Shown here piece after piece: positions 14,240 through 29,000 of a stretch of DNA of 64,000 nt. Each line of letters opens with the position of its first letter. Position 1 is the first letter of the stretch. The DNA is from Yuukianura sp. NJ FZ-2021 (Eukaryota): the NCBI GenBank assembly GCA_046563655.1, contig CM102287.1, positions 3,038,001 to 3,102,000 of the forward strand. The letters are read 5' to 3'. The notes below the pieces were generated by a model that saw only the letters and a program-made list of their open reading frames with translations, was not told where the DNA came from and made no database searches. Both the position numbers and the translations under genes were made by a program.

Positions 14240-17200
14240 CGCTTAACCTCGATCTGCACTCTAAACAAAAATCCAAAAAGCGGTTAATTTTGGAAAATGC
14301 ATTTCCATTTTCTAAATTTTCGGAACATTTCCTCTCTTATACACCAACATTTTTGCCAAATGTTTCGTAGGTTTTGCATGATTGGGCTTCCCTTTGAAGC
14401 TGCTGAGGCGAAAATAAAAGTTTGACACAACAAAGCGAAAATTTTAGAAAAGAAGATGAGCTAACGGCTTATAACAATCACCTTAGCCTATCCTTGTACC
14501 TACGATGTCGTAACCTAACCTCATCACTAACTTAAATTACAGCCTAATCCAACGTGATATGCATTTCTTTAGCATAACCTTACGTTCAACACGACTTTGA
14601 ACCTGAAAGTGATGGTAAATTTTGAGGAAATTTAAGAGAGCCTCCCTAGGGATCCAAATTTGTCAGAGACAAGGAAATGACTGTGTCAGCGTCCATGTCA
14701 GGGTCTCGTTGTCAAGCGTAACGCACAAAAAACGCACCGTACATGTACATTTTCTCGTTTCAAAAAAAAATTTCATGAGTTACCAAATTTTTAAAATGCC
14801 AAAATTGAAAAATTCCGAATTTCGACAAATTTCATGATTTACAGCGCAAAAAATTAAGTTACACAACTGGAAAAGCAGACAGTTCCTATGTTTTAAAATT
14901 TTAAATTTCTTTGTTTGAGTCTGAAAAATACAACAACAACGTTTCTTTTTCAAAAAAAAAAAAATTGGATTGATTTGAGCCATATTCAAGGAAAAAATTC
15001 TCAAATTTGAAATTTGTCAGCAGAGGTGTTTACAATTCTTGAAATTTTTTCCGAAAGTGGTAAAATGGGAGGAATTAGGCTTCGTGCTGTTTAGAATCGG
15101 CTCATTTTACACATAAACTTCCGGATCCGTAAAATTTCTGAACGTAACAAATTTAATTTGTAGTTACAAAAGGAGAAGCCAACACTTTTGCACGCACGCT
15201 GTTCCTTTTTTGTGTACGTGCACAAATTGTGCATAGAAATGCACACTGTTTCTTCAGTTTTTTCTCACCATTAATTCCTACCAGCCGCACGTCAACTAAC
15301 CTTCCGCATGCTTAAGGCCACCATGGCCAATTTTCCAAAATTTTATCAGTTTCCAAATTGTAGCTTTTAACATTTTTCAAAAGAGGACAAAAACGTAATT
15401 TTTCGAAAGTTACTTCCTCCAGGGAACGTTTTTCACTTTTTCACTAACCAATTTTCACTTTAACTTACCAGAACCGCCTAAGTAATTTTTGGGAAGTGTG
15501 AAAAGTGCAAGTGAGAAAAAGAAGTTAATAATGGGAGAGTATTTTTTATGGGAAAAGATCAAAAGACTTTTTTTTCAAAAACGAAAAAAGTAGCTTTTGA
15601 AGATCGGAATCAAAAGAGGTGTGAGATCATGCATGATAATACGAGAGAGGCGTTTCTGGTCCTTGGTCACTTCACTTGTCTTGTCTTCAGATCATCAGTC
15701 ACATTGACTTTGCACGAAGTACCAAGAAATTCTTGCGGACATTGACTTTTTCAACAAATTCTCACCAAAAAACTTTTTTTCCTTTAGAATTTAAACGATT
15801 GGAGACTAAAAAAACACAAAGTGTCTCGAACATGCCAAAGTGAAAAGAGTTCCGGAAGGAAAAAACCGCAACCGTCAACCTTTTTGTCACCAAATTGGAC
15901 TAAAGTTTGTACAAAAAAAAATTTCGCTTTTGGTGTAAAGTAAAGCTGTGGGGGGATGAACCGAAAACTTTTGAAGACTGTTTAGTTCAAGTCCCTGAAA
16001 GGAAAATTTTGGCACATTGCAACAATTTTTAAGAAGCAATTAAGCTCAGTAATTAAGAAACATCGATTTCCTAAATTAGCAAATTTTGAACTTTGTCATT
16101 TCCTGTGTCACGTGAAGCTAGGGGGACTTTGGCCAAAATTGTCAAAATTTAGCAAATTCAGAAGGATTTTACAACAGAGAAAACGGAAAAAATGATTTTG
16201 CAATTTGAGGGAAATCTTCTTGTGTGCAAAAAGTGAATTTGGCTTTTGTTGTTTTCATAATCTCAAAAAAAAAAGTAGCCTCATGCAGATTTTAGTGAGG
16301 AAGATGAAAGATCATTGTTACACAACAAAAGTCAAGTTCATTGTTAATTTTAATGTGTGCAAAATCTTGCAAAAAATTATTTTTGCAAAGTCTAATCTTC
16401 ATACACGCTCACTCATCCGACACACAGGAAATCCTTGTAGTTTACACTTTTTTCTTTGCAAAAACCAGAAAATCTGCGCAAATTAAAGACTTTACAAACG
16501 CTTAATATCAAAATCTGGAAAGAGACGGTACTACTATTAATGTTTTCTCAAAATTCCGACAATTTCGAAATACGTTTTTAAAAAACACGAAATTCATAAG
16601 TTCAACATGAGACCAAACGAACGAAACTCAGTTTTTAATTTGGACAGACAACCTCCAACATTCCAAAATTCTCAATGGACCTCAGCATAAGTTCTAAAAA
16701 CCGAATTCGTGAAATTGAAAATTTTTGCACAAGTAAATCTCGTAAATGCACAGTTACTTTTACATTTCGTTTCAATTTACGTAAACACTAACGTTACGGG
16801 GTGGGAGTGGGCGTCTTGGGTGGCTTTCCGGGTGCCAGACGTAAATTTGGCAATGAAAAATTAATATGCCATTTTTGTTCTCGCAAAAACTAGCCTAATT
16901 TGCGAATAACCAAGAAAACCGCACTTCTTTTACGACTGAAGACGCTTCTTTTCATACGGTCTTCCTTTACAAAACTTCGGTTACTTCGTGTTATCAGATG
17001 GCCAAAATATTTCATAACCCATAACAATAAAATTCGCATACACAAAAAAAGTTGCAGAAATTTTGCACATGATGCAAAATGGGTGACATTGACTTTGACT
17101 CTCCTTCCTTTTCGCACCCTGATTGTCACCAACAAGAAGTTGCAAAAAATAGTAAGCAGAAAGTTGAGAAGCATGAAAGAGAACGGTAATATCCGTTGGA

Positions 17201-19680
17201 AATAATTTGACATTTTTGCTAAACTTTTTATACACTTTGTGCAAAAAATGAGAAAACAAAGGAAAATGGGAAGCATCTGTCTCCGGCTTGACAAAATTTT
17301 TTGTTTGCGAAATTGTCTTTTTGCAAAACAACAATCCGGTATGTGCAAAAATGAATTGTCAAAATTTTTGAAGGCAATGATTACCCAAATTTGGCTTGTT
17401 TAAATTGATGTGTTAACGTGTAAACTGAAAAAACGTGTGTGCGTATACGTGTATGTGAAAGAAAACAGTTTGGATGTTTATGTCCTTGTCTTTTTCTGTC
17501 ACGACGCCCAGTAAATACGTGTGTCAAGTGTCGGAAATGCAATTTTTTGCACACTTTTTTTTTGTTGCAAAATCCAGTTAGCCCTAATTTCTGAAATTCT
17601 GCTCAAAATTCCTGTCTTGATTTCAGAATTGGCAAAAAGAAAGCTAAATTTTGAAAACAGAAACCTTATATGCTTATAACTTGCATTTAAACCCTAAAAA
17701 TTGTTTTTAGTACTTACGCGTTGTAACTTTTGGCCGTGCGATGTAATTTGGCTGCAAAGTTTCTGGAGTTTCAAAATTTTGAAAATTCCAATTAGTTGAA
17801 CTTTGGATAAACGAAGACGCCGTCGAAAAATATAATGTGTGTATTATTCCCTAAGTTGAGAATTTAGTTTTTTTTGGTACCGAAAACTCTTACAGTTTTC
17901 GAAGAAATTTTAGATCTGTTTCGCAAGAAAGATGTAGCAACTTGAGTTTTTTAAACTAAAATGTAAATATCTAAAAATTTCAAGTTGTAACTGATCAAAA
18001 CTTTGAATTTTTGGAGGAGTTTGAGGAAGACGCTTGCTGGTTTGTTGTCAATAATGAACTGAGAGTGACAATGGAAAATTGGATGCAGGGAGGAAGATGA
18101 ACAAGGGAGCACCGCAAGATCAACCTTCCATGAGATCAAATGACTCCCAACAATACGTACACTATTCAGATCACACTATCCACACTCTGTTACTAACGTA
18201 ACCACCCGAACATCAACATAACTTAACTAATATAACGTAAACTTTTAAAGTGAAAGCTTAAAGAGTGTAGATTGCAAGCCGTTTTAACAAAAAAACAGGG
18301 AAATAATTACATAATTTTTTTTTTCGCAATCTATAGATTGATTGAGTCGAATTTGTCAATTGGCTACTAAAAAAATGAGATTTTTTTTTTAAAATTTGAT
18401 TTGTGAAACTCGAAATTTTTAATTTTGAAACTTAAATTTTGAAGGAGCTTCCGTGTCACAAAAGCACGGTTGCCTAAATCCCTTTTACATGCAACAAAAT
18501 TAGTTTTTTCCAAGCAGTTCTTTCTGACTGCGTTTCTGTCTCCTTTCATTCTCTTAATTCGAGTAGTTAATCATGAATCATTTTAAGGTTTACGTAACCT
18601 AACGGTTATGGCAAGCAGAGGTTACCAATTCGGTCACTGTCACTTCCGTAACATGAACAGAGGGTAAACAGCCATTGTTTAGGCTGCATTTTCATAATCT
18701 CCTAGCATGTCACAGGCTTAAGTCAAGATTAAGCAATGAAAAGAAACTAAAAATCGGGTTAGTTTGGCCCAACTTTGGAATTCTTGCGGTTTTTTCGTAT
18801 AATTTAAACCTCTAACGGCAAAGTGAAAGGCTCAAAGTTCAAGGAATTTTGGATAAACGGAAACGGAACAAAATTTTTGAAAGATTTGCACAAAGTAATA
18901 AATTGTTAGGAAAAATTCATGTGCAAAAAAAGGGCCTTTCCTGATTTCAATTTCAGCTTCCTCCTTGTAAGACAGAGTTCCTCAAAAAAGCCAAATTTTT
19001 CAAAAATTTATCATGCTAAATTTTTCCAAATTGGTCAACCGGGATAACGCCGCATGTGAGTTTGGTGACAAAGATCATTTCCTGTTCTAAACTCTTTTTT
19101 AACTCATCTGTCACCTTCTCCTGTACGGAACTGTACTAAAGCATAGTTTGCAATTTAAAATAAGTGGATTTTTTTTCATTTTTGAACTGACTGATGACAT
19201 TGTTACAAGGAGGAGTGACTCCTTAGCGGTCCAACCTTGACCACCGTTGTTAACGTTAAGTCAATTAAGTTGTAAGTTAAGAGGAATTAGTGTAGGACGG
19301 AGATAATTGTTTTAACCGTACTCCTGCATGCGCATGCCCGCAACTCCTCCTCGTCTGCCGACTTTCAATTACAAATTGACAGTAAAGCTGCACATTTTCA
19401 AAAAAACAACTGAACTTTTCAAAAATAAAACAATGTGAACAGTGGATGTGTGTTTTGAAAGTTTTGAAAAAAAAAAACACTTTTTACTTAAATTTCTTGA
19501 ACGAATATGTGTTGAATCGTTGAATTTATTCCAAACAGACAAATAGTAGGTGAAAGAAGGTCAAAGGTCAACTGACGAGCCACAAAGAAAGTTTTTAAGG
19601 TGTAAGTTTTTAAGGATATTGTAAGTTTACGTGGAAAAAGGTGACGATTCAACTGAATAATTGCGGACAGAGGTCAAAGG

Positions 19681-20360
19681 TCAGCGCATGCGAAGTTCTT
19701 CCTTCATCAAATTCAACACTCCGCGAAAGATTTTAATTGTTGCTCTCATGTCATTGGCCGCTTTTTCCTGTTGCTCCAGTGACCTCGGACGTTCCAGGGG
19801 ATCCATCTTCCGGAGCTTTGCCACGTCATCGTCTAAATCAAACAGGTCTTGACACTTGTCTCCAATGAAGGCGTTGAGTGATCGTACTCCCGCCCTCTGC
19901 TTATTAATATCAGCTTGCATCTAAAAAATATTAAAATACAACATTATTTATAATTTAGTAAAATTATTATCAGTACGAATATCAAACATATACATTTTTA
20001 ACCACAATTCAGTTTGTATGCTAAAAATTACAAGATTAGAATATGCGGTATTCCAAGTACGATCCGGAATATGCAGTGCTTTGGCTGCAGCGTGTATAAT
20101 TCCAACAGTAAGTTGATCCATTCAGCGAAAACAAAAGTTCAATTTTTCAACTTCAGAAGTTCAAAATACTTGAAACAATCTCACAATTTTTTTCCTAAGA
20201 AACGAGCTATTCCTTGGACATTGCAATCCCAACTAAATTTTGAAAAACGCTATAATTTGAAAAAAAGGACTTTTTTTTTACAAGAAATTATTTTCCTTTA
20301 CCTATTTGTTTTTTATCAGTTCGAAACATGTAAATTTGGACTTACCTGAGCTCTTTTCAT
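19681..20360 (-). CDS. Orphan 84-aa predicted helical/coiled-coil microprotein (2 coding exons)
   Basis: Exon 1, ATG AAA AGA GCT CAG|gtaag (20360-20346), splices in phase 0 to tttttag|ATGCAA (19920-19681), giving MKRAQMQADINKQRAG...LMKEELRMR*. Exon 2 is a GC-richer island in AT-rich DNA. No family recognised. Confidence 0.6.
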
Positions 20361-23300
20361 GTTGACCTTTGGTGACCTTTTATGTTTCCTTTGATTTTTT
20401 TTTGAAAAACTCTTTGAATTTTCGAAGATAATGAAAATAAGAGGCAGTGAGAGATAAGCTAAAGTCACCGTTTTTGAACAATTTTAAGGTTGGATTGATT
20501 TGTGTCAACGTGGAACTGACCGGAGGGCATTTTCAAAACGCCTAGGGCGTATTCGCTCCAAAAGTTTCAATTTGCTTTATTTTCTGCGTCCGAGCAATTA
20601 AAGTTTCAAGTGTACAGCATTTGATGAAAGTTGATGAAATTTGGTGCAATTGAAAGAACAAAGGAGTTCCAAACCAGTCGTCCATTTTTCCATCTTCAAA
20701 TTTACAAATTGATTTCATCTTTCCGTCAAGTCTTAAGTCTATTAGTTCTTTCTACTCGGACACTTTGGAATGCAATTTCATTCGGTTTTTGCAAAGTCAC
20801 TCTTGTCCAAGATGCTTTGATTAACATCCCGACACCTTCGACTCCCTGCAATTCTTTCAAATTTTCATTTTCATTTTAATGTTTATATTACATTTTTTGT
20901 TTCGCTTCTAATGTTTTTCCAAAAAGGTCTTTAATGGACATTAAGTTTAGAGGATGACCAGAACATTACAAATTTCATGTTCATTAAACGAATTTTTACT
21001 GTGAGAGATGTTTCTCTTTCAGAATTTTGGACAACTTTTTCTTCTCCCGAAATTTTCATGCTTCCAAGAAATCCAAAAAAAAAAAATTCACGCCTGCAAT
21101 TGCCGATTTTATACTTTTTGAATGTCCAAAATCCTATAGCTACAAAAAAAGTTTCAATTTCAACCATTACATAATCCAGAGATGAGTACAAATTCTTGAA
21201 AAATCTTTGCAAAAAAAAGTTGTCATTGTACTCTGGTTAATCTTCCGAAAATTGGTGGGTTTTATGTAAATCGCATGTTATTTTCGTTTGGAAAGGACTT
21301 AATTTCCCGTGTCAAATTTCACACATTCTACAATTCACTTCAGTCATTGACTTTCGTCAGTAAAACTTTTTTTTTTCTAAAAATTGTCAACAATCTAGTC
21401 CAAAAATTCCAAATCTGGTAAAAATTTAACAAATATTTTATTTGTTGAGAGCAAGTAAGGCTTTTTTTTAGATGGAGAAAAAAGTTTTGTGTCCAATTTT
21501 TTTCTCCTCCGTGAATCATTTACACTAATTTGAAATTGGAAGCAATTTGGAAGAATTCGAACTTCATTTTCAAAAAAAAATGGAGACAAAAAAAATGAAG
21601 AGGTGATTGACCTCATCTTCCAGAACATCTCTGGCAGATGACCTCTTTCTGTTTGTGCGTGACACGGCAATGACCTTCCTCCACTTTTCAAGTTTCAAGT
21701 CCATAAAATTTTGAAAAACACTTTCGCTTTCCGGAAATGCAATTTTGAGCCGAAAGTCAAATTGTGCGAAAATTCGTAAAAGTAGAAAGTAGTTTCCTTG
21801 TCATGTTTGACATGCAACAGGAGTTTTAAAGTTAAATACTTTTCAAGTGTTGCCATTCAAGTGTTCAAGTGTTGCCATTCAAGTGATTTATGACTTGCGC
21901 AAAAGATCAACAACAAAATCGGTTTCTGTCTTGCAATTTTTCACTTTCATCAATCATTCACACTTCTATTCACTCAAGTCCCAAAGTTTAGCACAACTCT
22001 TTTCAAAAATGAAATTTTGAAAAACGAACCAACTTTCAAAATTCTGCTTACTTATCATGCTGGTGCTACAAACTGAAAAATATCCTGCAGCATCGAGTCT
22101 TTTTTCAAAAATTCTGAATTCCAAAACAAAAAAAATCAATTCACAAGAATTTAATTATCTTGGCGTGTTTAAATATCAATTTAATACGAAATGCTTAAAT
22201 GAAAAGAGTCTTAATCTATTTTTAATTAGCAAAAACGAGTCACTGGAGATGAGTTAAGTGGTTTCTTAAGAGCCTTCACACAAATAGCACAGATAATGGA
22301 TCTTTCCACGTAATTAACACGCCTAAGGAGACGCACTTTAAGCAATATTTTTAAGTTAGTTTTTTTGTTAAGCTAGGCCTTATAGAGTGAAAGGCGGATC
22401 TCCAGAAGCCGCTAGTGAAGTGTTGTGCTCCGAGGCGTAACAAATATTTTCATCCAAATTTGCACACTTCTGCTCTTCCTGTGAGTAGAAAAACTAAAGC
22501 AAATTGCGAAATTGCTAAAAAGTACAAACTTTTTAACATTCAGGTTGAACCTTGTTAAATTTTATGGCTTTCCGGTCAACTTCAACTGGAACGTTTGACG
22601 CTAGTGGGCGTAACAAAGTATCTCCGGATTGGTCAAGGTCAAATCAAATTGAATGTTCAACCGGATTTGTGGAAGGTATATATTAAAGTTTCAAAGTTTT
22701 AAAAAAAAGTGCTAAGATGTTGATTCTGCAAACTGAGAGATGAATTGACGAAAAAAATGGAAATCTGGAGATTCTGATGAAATTATTTTTTTTTTATATT
22801 CTGTTGGAATTTCAAGATTTAAAATTCCAGAGTTCCTGCTGCCAATTGACAGTTCCTGCAACAAAGGAATTCTTAAACTTTTGGTACATGTACCACGCTA
22901 AATTTATGACAACTTTTGAATTTGAAAAGGGAATCAGCATGGCATACAGTAAGAAAAAATTTGCATGAGTGTAAAATACAACAATTTTTTTCAAAAGGGA
23001 AAACATTTTTCTAAAATTCATTTTTCAATAACGTTTTGGAACCAGGAAGGAAGTGTTTCGGAGTAAACTCTGTGCGAAAGTCACGACATTTTTCGGTTTT
23101 TCTAAAAACTGAAATTCTGCTTTCAGGGCTTCTTCACATGCGCCGCCTCACAACAGACTCCACCACGTCATCTTGCAAAAAAAACGTGCAAAAATTGAAA
23201 AAAAGCGTAGACAGTAATAAAATTTAAGCAAATCGATTCGCACGAGTTGCGATTTGTGACTTCGATGGACAATTTACGCCAACCAATGCCTAGTATTCTC

Positions 23301-23763
23301 CTGCTAATCAATTGGCCTATCGAATTTTACTTCATCGTTTTGATTCAAAACCTAATTTTAATTCAAATTTTCAAAACCTAATTCTCAATGTTAGGCTGTG
23401 GTAGTAAATTCGTTAGCTTAACTTTAACGTTTATGTTTGATTCTGTCAGGTAAACTTCCAAGTTACGTTAATTTTGTTAGGTTAACTTCAATTGCACCTT
23501 ACCTCTTCACCAAAATCATCACGCAACCCAATATTTAGCAAGCATTTTTGTTCTAAAAAGTAACAACTTAGGTTAAATTCTATAATTAGTTATTAAGTTA
23601 TTAGTTAAATTCTAAATTCTATAAAAAAGTCAAATTCTATAAGTATAATAAGTTAGTAAATTAAATACTATAATACTGTAATAAATTAAAAACTTTAATA
23701 ATTTAGTAACTAAACGTGGTTTTAGTTTTTCTTGAATCTTGTTTAATCAATCAGAGATCGGAA

Positions 23764-26009
23764 TCACCAGTGGTTGAATCTATAGTAAGGTGATGGTCCA
23801 GGGCTGCTGAAAGGAGATTTGTGACTGTGGGCTGAACTTTCCGCGTAGTCTCTGACCTCTGACCTCTTCAGGGCAAACCAAAGTGTGACAGTAATGGAAA
23901 TGACAATGATCAGCCCTAGAACGACTAGAGCAATAATCACAGTTCCTGGAGAGATACAGACATTGTACTGGCGGAGGTCGTTGACCGGAGGAACGGAGTA
24001 GTCCACTCCCAGTGACATTTGCTGTTGTCTTGAATTTTGAAAAGCATCACTCGGATAAAACTGCTGAAAAGCTACTGGCGACTTTGAGTAATGTGCTGGC
24101 AGTAGTTGTCGCTGGGACGGACGGTTCATACCCTCGCCAGCATTTTCTGGATTCGCAGCGACAGAAATTTGGCTTCCCAGAGCGGCTTGTCTTGGTTGAG
24201 GTTTTTCGTCATAGCGGTCGCCGCCTGTTGGCAAAAAAGTTCAAATATTCAGAAAATTTCAGAAAAAATTCAGAAAATTTTTAGAAAAATGGCTTTGAGA
24301 AATTCGGAAATGAATTTCAAAATTTTGGTAGACTTGCCATGAGAATCCAATTCGGGTGAAAGTACTTCAATGGAGTTGACAACTGGGGAAGTATCTATCA
24401 ACACATCAGCGATTCGGCCGTACTTGTCTCTCCAAGATCCATAGTGATTGGAGTTGGAGTCACATGACTCTTGTGGACACGGACCTTGGCAGTATGCCAC
24501 AACACATTGCATATGCAGATGATCTCGGTCTGGAAACTTAAATGCTTGGAACGACGCAAAGTGGAGCGTTATAATGCGACTGCGTGATTCCACCGGCAAT
24601 CTTCGACGACGAAAATTCGGAACCAGCGTTTTGTCAACCGAACACCCAGCGGAGTCCAGGATCGGCTGATTTCGGATTCCGTCGGAACCAGAAGCAGCAC
24701 GTGAACCGTCATGCGTTGTACAATTGACCACACGAGCATCAAATCCACCTAAAACTCGCCAAAACTGAAATTCCAGTCATTTTTTTCAGAAATTTTAAAA
24801 TTGGACAACTTACGAAGCACTTTTGTTGAAATGACGAGTGTAACATCTTCACCGACTGCAACTGCAGCAGTTTTTTTGGACTTTGGACTTGGATCTTTTC
24901 CGCCAATGATTTCCATTATGGCTTCTCCAATTCTAGAATTTTGTGTTTTTCCGCCAAGATTTCTTGCTGCATCGCTCAATCTACGTCCTTGTCGACTTCT
25001 TCCAGGAGATTCTAGTTTCCTAAAAAAAAAGATTTTCAAAATTTTGAATTCTGTTCAAACATGTTCAAACAACGTCAGATTTAAACAAACTCTTGCGGTT
25101 CTTCTGTTCGACTGGTGTTTTGTAGACAGAAGACAGTGACTCTCTCATCGGTCATTTGTTGCAGAAAAGCGGAGTACTGAATGTACAAACCGACTTCATG
25201 TAGAAGTTCAACCGAATCAACATTCTGAAATTCAAAAAAGCCAGTGAACTTTTTGTTTTCCTGAAAATTGTTTGCAAAGTAAAATTCTGCAGGTAAATTT
25301 AAGTGAGTCATTTTTGTTGCAATTGATTTTAGGTTTACGTTGTCGATTGCTGTCATTTGAATTCCACATTGACCCAAGGTCAAGGTCAAGGTCACATTTT
25401 CTGTTGGACTGTTGGATAGAACTACTCCACATTCTTTTTCATCTGAGTAGTCGTTGGCGTAAATTCGACCTTTGAACTTTTGTGCAAAGAAACCAAAAAT
25501 TGTCATCGTTGTTTCGTTGCAAGTCGCATTAAAATCTAAGAAAAAATCCAAAATTAAAAATCAGCAAAGTCTTTACAGTTGAATGCGAGTTATCATTTCC
25601 GTAAAACAGTTTTGCTGAATGAAACTTACGTGGTTCTTTTTTGGCAAAACTGATTTTGTTGTTGACATCGCCAACAACAGCAGTTTTAGTCGAATTGTCA
25701 CTGTTGAGGTCAGAGGTCACCGGAAGATGAGATGCCGACGCTAGTGACATTTTTGTAATCAACAGTTCGAGAAGCACCATCTACAAAAGTAAATACAGTA
25801 TATGATAAGGCATTAGCAACTTTTCAATGTTTAAAAAAATACTTGTTCAAAAACTAGAAATTGGGTGAGTGGGAGTTGAATTTTCAGATTTTTGAAAATA
25901 GTTGATCTCTGACCTGCAGAATAAAAACGAGACTGAGGCTGGCTCCAGTTGTTCCTTGGTGTTTGTCCCGCTCTTTTCTTAAATTCACTTTCACTAAACC
26001 CAAACCCAT
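23764..26009 (-). CDS. Second ZP-domain single-pass membrane protein
   Basis: ATG at 26009 gives a signal region (SLSLVFILQ|MVLLELLITKMSLASA). ZP-N exons (NATCNETTMTI, FKGRIYA, ECGV, GQCGI, VTVFC) and ZP-C exons (VVNCTTHDG, ILDSAGCSVD, FQAFKFPDRDHLHMQCVVAYCQGPC) follow, then TM VIIALVVLGLIIVISITVTLWFAL and a stop at 23764. One intron has a GC donor (24337). Confidence 0.88.
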
Positions 26010-29000
26010 TTTCCACTAAATTGTTTTGGTTTTTTAATATCGGAGTACCAAAGGTCACATGAGGTCAACTTTTCCAAATTTCGGTTCAAGCGAGCTCCAG
26101 TCACAATTTGTGTCCAATGATTTCATTCCCAAGTTGTACCTGCAAAAACAATTTTTAGTAGAATTTACAAGTTTTGTAATAATTTTTCGTCGAGTACAAA
26201 AATTTACTGAAAACCTCTACCCATTTTTACGCAGTTTTAACAAAGTTAGCGATTTCTGGTGGTAAGAATTCGTGTTAGTGTCGCAAATTGGTGCAAAAAT
26301 TGAACTTGCCAATTGAAAATGGTTTGTGGTTTGTTTTTGAGCGAGGTGCGCTGACAGGTGAGGATATTGTTTTGATTTGCATTGCATTAAACTCATGTAA
26401 CCTTTCACACCTACTCAAAATCCAATCAGAGATCAACTACGAAAAAGGAATTAACTACACACCACAATAGGTAATTTCCACTTGGTTTTACAGTGCCTTA
26501 AGCCACATAACGTGAGTTATGGACCCAAACATTCCGCTTGCAGCCAACGTAATTCACAGTTTCAAAATTTCAATTTCAAAACATATAATTAAACGTTCAA
26601 AATCTGAATTGCAAAAATGCAAGCACAAATTACCTTCAAAATCTAAGTTTCAAAATTTGATAAGATGAGCGCCGATCACTAAAACTCTCTATAAAAATTT
26701 ATGTAAGCTAAATGAAATTGTTAGTTTAGTTGAATGAATTTAGAATACATTCAGAATATTTTTCCGTTTTTTCGTTGTAAAATTGTAAACGAACGCTTCT
26801 GAATTTTTGAATTTGAAAGGAAGTACAATTGCAAAAACCCAAGTTTAACAATACCTGCTGTATTCAAAAATGTAAAAATTCCGAAAAACTTTCACCCTAA
26901 AAACTTTCACATTTGCTAAATTTCAAATGTTTGGAGATCGCTTATTCTGCTGAGAAGGTGCCTTGCGTGTAATAAGTTGGCGACTAAAGTTTCAAATTTT
27001 GAAACCAAAGTCGCGTTAGGAAACTAAAAAATTCGAGTTTTTCAATTGACTGAGTTAAAGAAAAAAGAGTAATTAGCGCCTTAGGAATTAATTACTGCTG
27101 CACGAACAAAGAAAAGTGAGGAACGGTGTCTTTTTCCTTGAGTAAATAACAATAGTACTTTGCACTTACACATCCACGCTCCTAACTTACTAAAAAGTGA
27201 TTCATAAAAACGCACAGAAGAACAGGTTTTGTGTCTGATTTGTTTCTTCATCAAATACGACTCGAGAAATGAACATTTTTTCACGTTCTGCACGACTCTA
27301 GGTTTCATCCTCCACCCTCAGCATTTTACGGACTTTTTCACTGAGTCAGTAAGGTGAACCTGCGTTGTTATAAAAAATTACACTAAAAAGTTAGAGTAAA
27401 CTGTAAGAAACAGTTAAATGTTAAGCTACTATGCATTTTAAGGTAAAAAGTAAGGCAGAAGGACTCTCACCTCAACTCCCTCCTTCGTAAAACTTTAACA
27501 AGTTTAGTTCCCAGGGATTGTTATACGCAATTGTTAGGCTAGTCAATTGTTAGGTTATGCTTGAAAACGGTTAGGTTGTGGTCACCAACTAGCAGAAAAA
27601 CGAAGTTCACAAAATGAAATCAAGGTTGAGAAGTTTTCCAATTGTGCAGGTTCCGTTATACATTTGGAAAATCAGAGAGGCAGGAAGGATGTTCCTCATC
27701 ATCACACAGATCATCAAAGGAGAACAAAAAAACTGAAACAAAAGAAAAAAGGTTTAAACAAAAGAATAATTAAAAGTGGCAAATTTTTAATTAAATGTTT
27801 AAATGTTATTCCCGTTTGTGCTTACTTTACTGAAACCGAAGCTTCTTCCTCATTTTTCAAAATTTCAGAACTTTCACTCAAATGCCGTCAGTTATCTTCA
27901 CTTTGGATCTAAATTTTTGAATCAAACTTTTCTGAAAAATGAAATTTTGAATTTTTAGTAAAAGTTGGATAAGTTGTTAAAAATTAAAAAAAAATACCTG
28001 AATGTATATAATAGAACGTTTTCAGGTCTAGTAAGAGTCACAAAACTGAAAATTCCTAAAATATTTTCAAAAATCAAATTAAAATTTCCATTTGAATTTT
28101 AAACTGGTTTAAATTTTTCGTGCAATTTTACTTACGGAGGAGCAGAGGTAATCGGTTTTCCTTTTTTTCTGGTTCATTTCCGAATTCAATACTTTTTGAA
28201 ATTTTTTTTGTTGAATTTTTTTTTTTTCGAAAATTTTCCCGTTTAATCCTATGCTTAACTGTCATCTGACTATGCTTGACTTAATTTCAAGTTGACTTTA
28301 GACCCTGAGAGAATTTGATCAAAATCTTGAACAAAAGTAAACTCCGTTTTATCTCGTCATGATTCATGAATTGCAAATTTTACACCGTTTTCTGCAAACT
28401 TCGTGCAAAAACACTCCCCCGCAAAAACCAATTCCAAAAAAGAACACAAAATTCTCATCTTCTGCTGAATTCCACCGCAATCTCTTCATTTCACAAAATT
28501 TTGATTTCTACACAACTCAAAAACTAAAATTATTTCAACTGTAAAGTTAATTTCTATCAGAAAGGTCATAACTAACTTAGCCTAAACTTCAAAAACTCAA
28601 CCTACGATTAACTTTTTACTATTTTTTAAATTAAAAAAATTACTAGGCCGAAACTCTATAAAAATCCTAAAAACTTTGGACTCGTTTTCGTAAATTTCAA
28701 AATTTCATTGCATTTCGTTCCCTTCAAGCCTCCCGTCAACCGCATACCCTAACATTGGACGGAGAAATTAAGTTTTTACAATTACATAAAAAACGGTATT
28801 CAACTCTTATGTAATTCTATACTCAAAATGTCATTTCAAAAGCTTTTCTTGTCCCTCTTTCTACTTTTTTGAAGTTTACAAACCAATTTCCTGTGCAGAA
28901 GCTAAGCAATTTTGAATTCATGAACCGCATCCAATTCATCTCCTGTCTTTTTTTTCTTAACAAATAAAGTAATTTGAACACTTAACATTGACTACGGCTG

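Noticed and set aside
16890..17348. Overlapping 100-150 aa ORFs
   Set aside because: Low-complexity K/F/L composition typical of AT-rich non-coding DNA, non-ATG starts and no supporting exon structure.
26058..26126. Short upstream ORF (MKSLDTNC...) before ZP gene 2
   Set aside because: It ends before the main ATG and the transcript structure is unknown; too weak to call a regulatory uORF.
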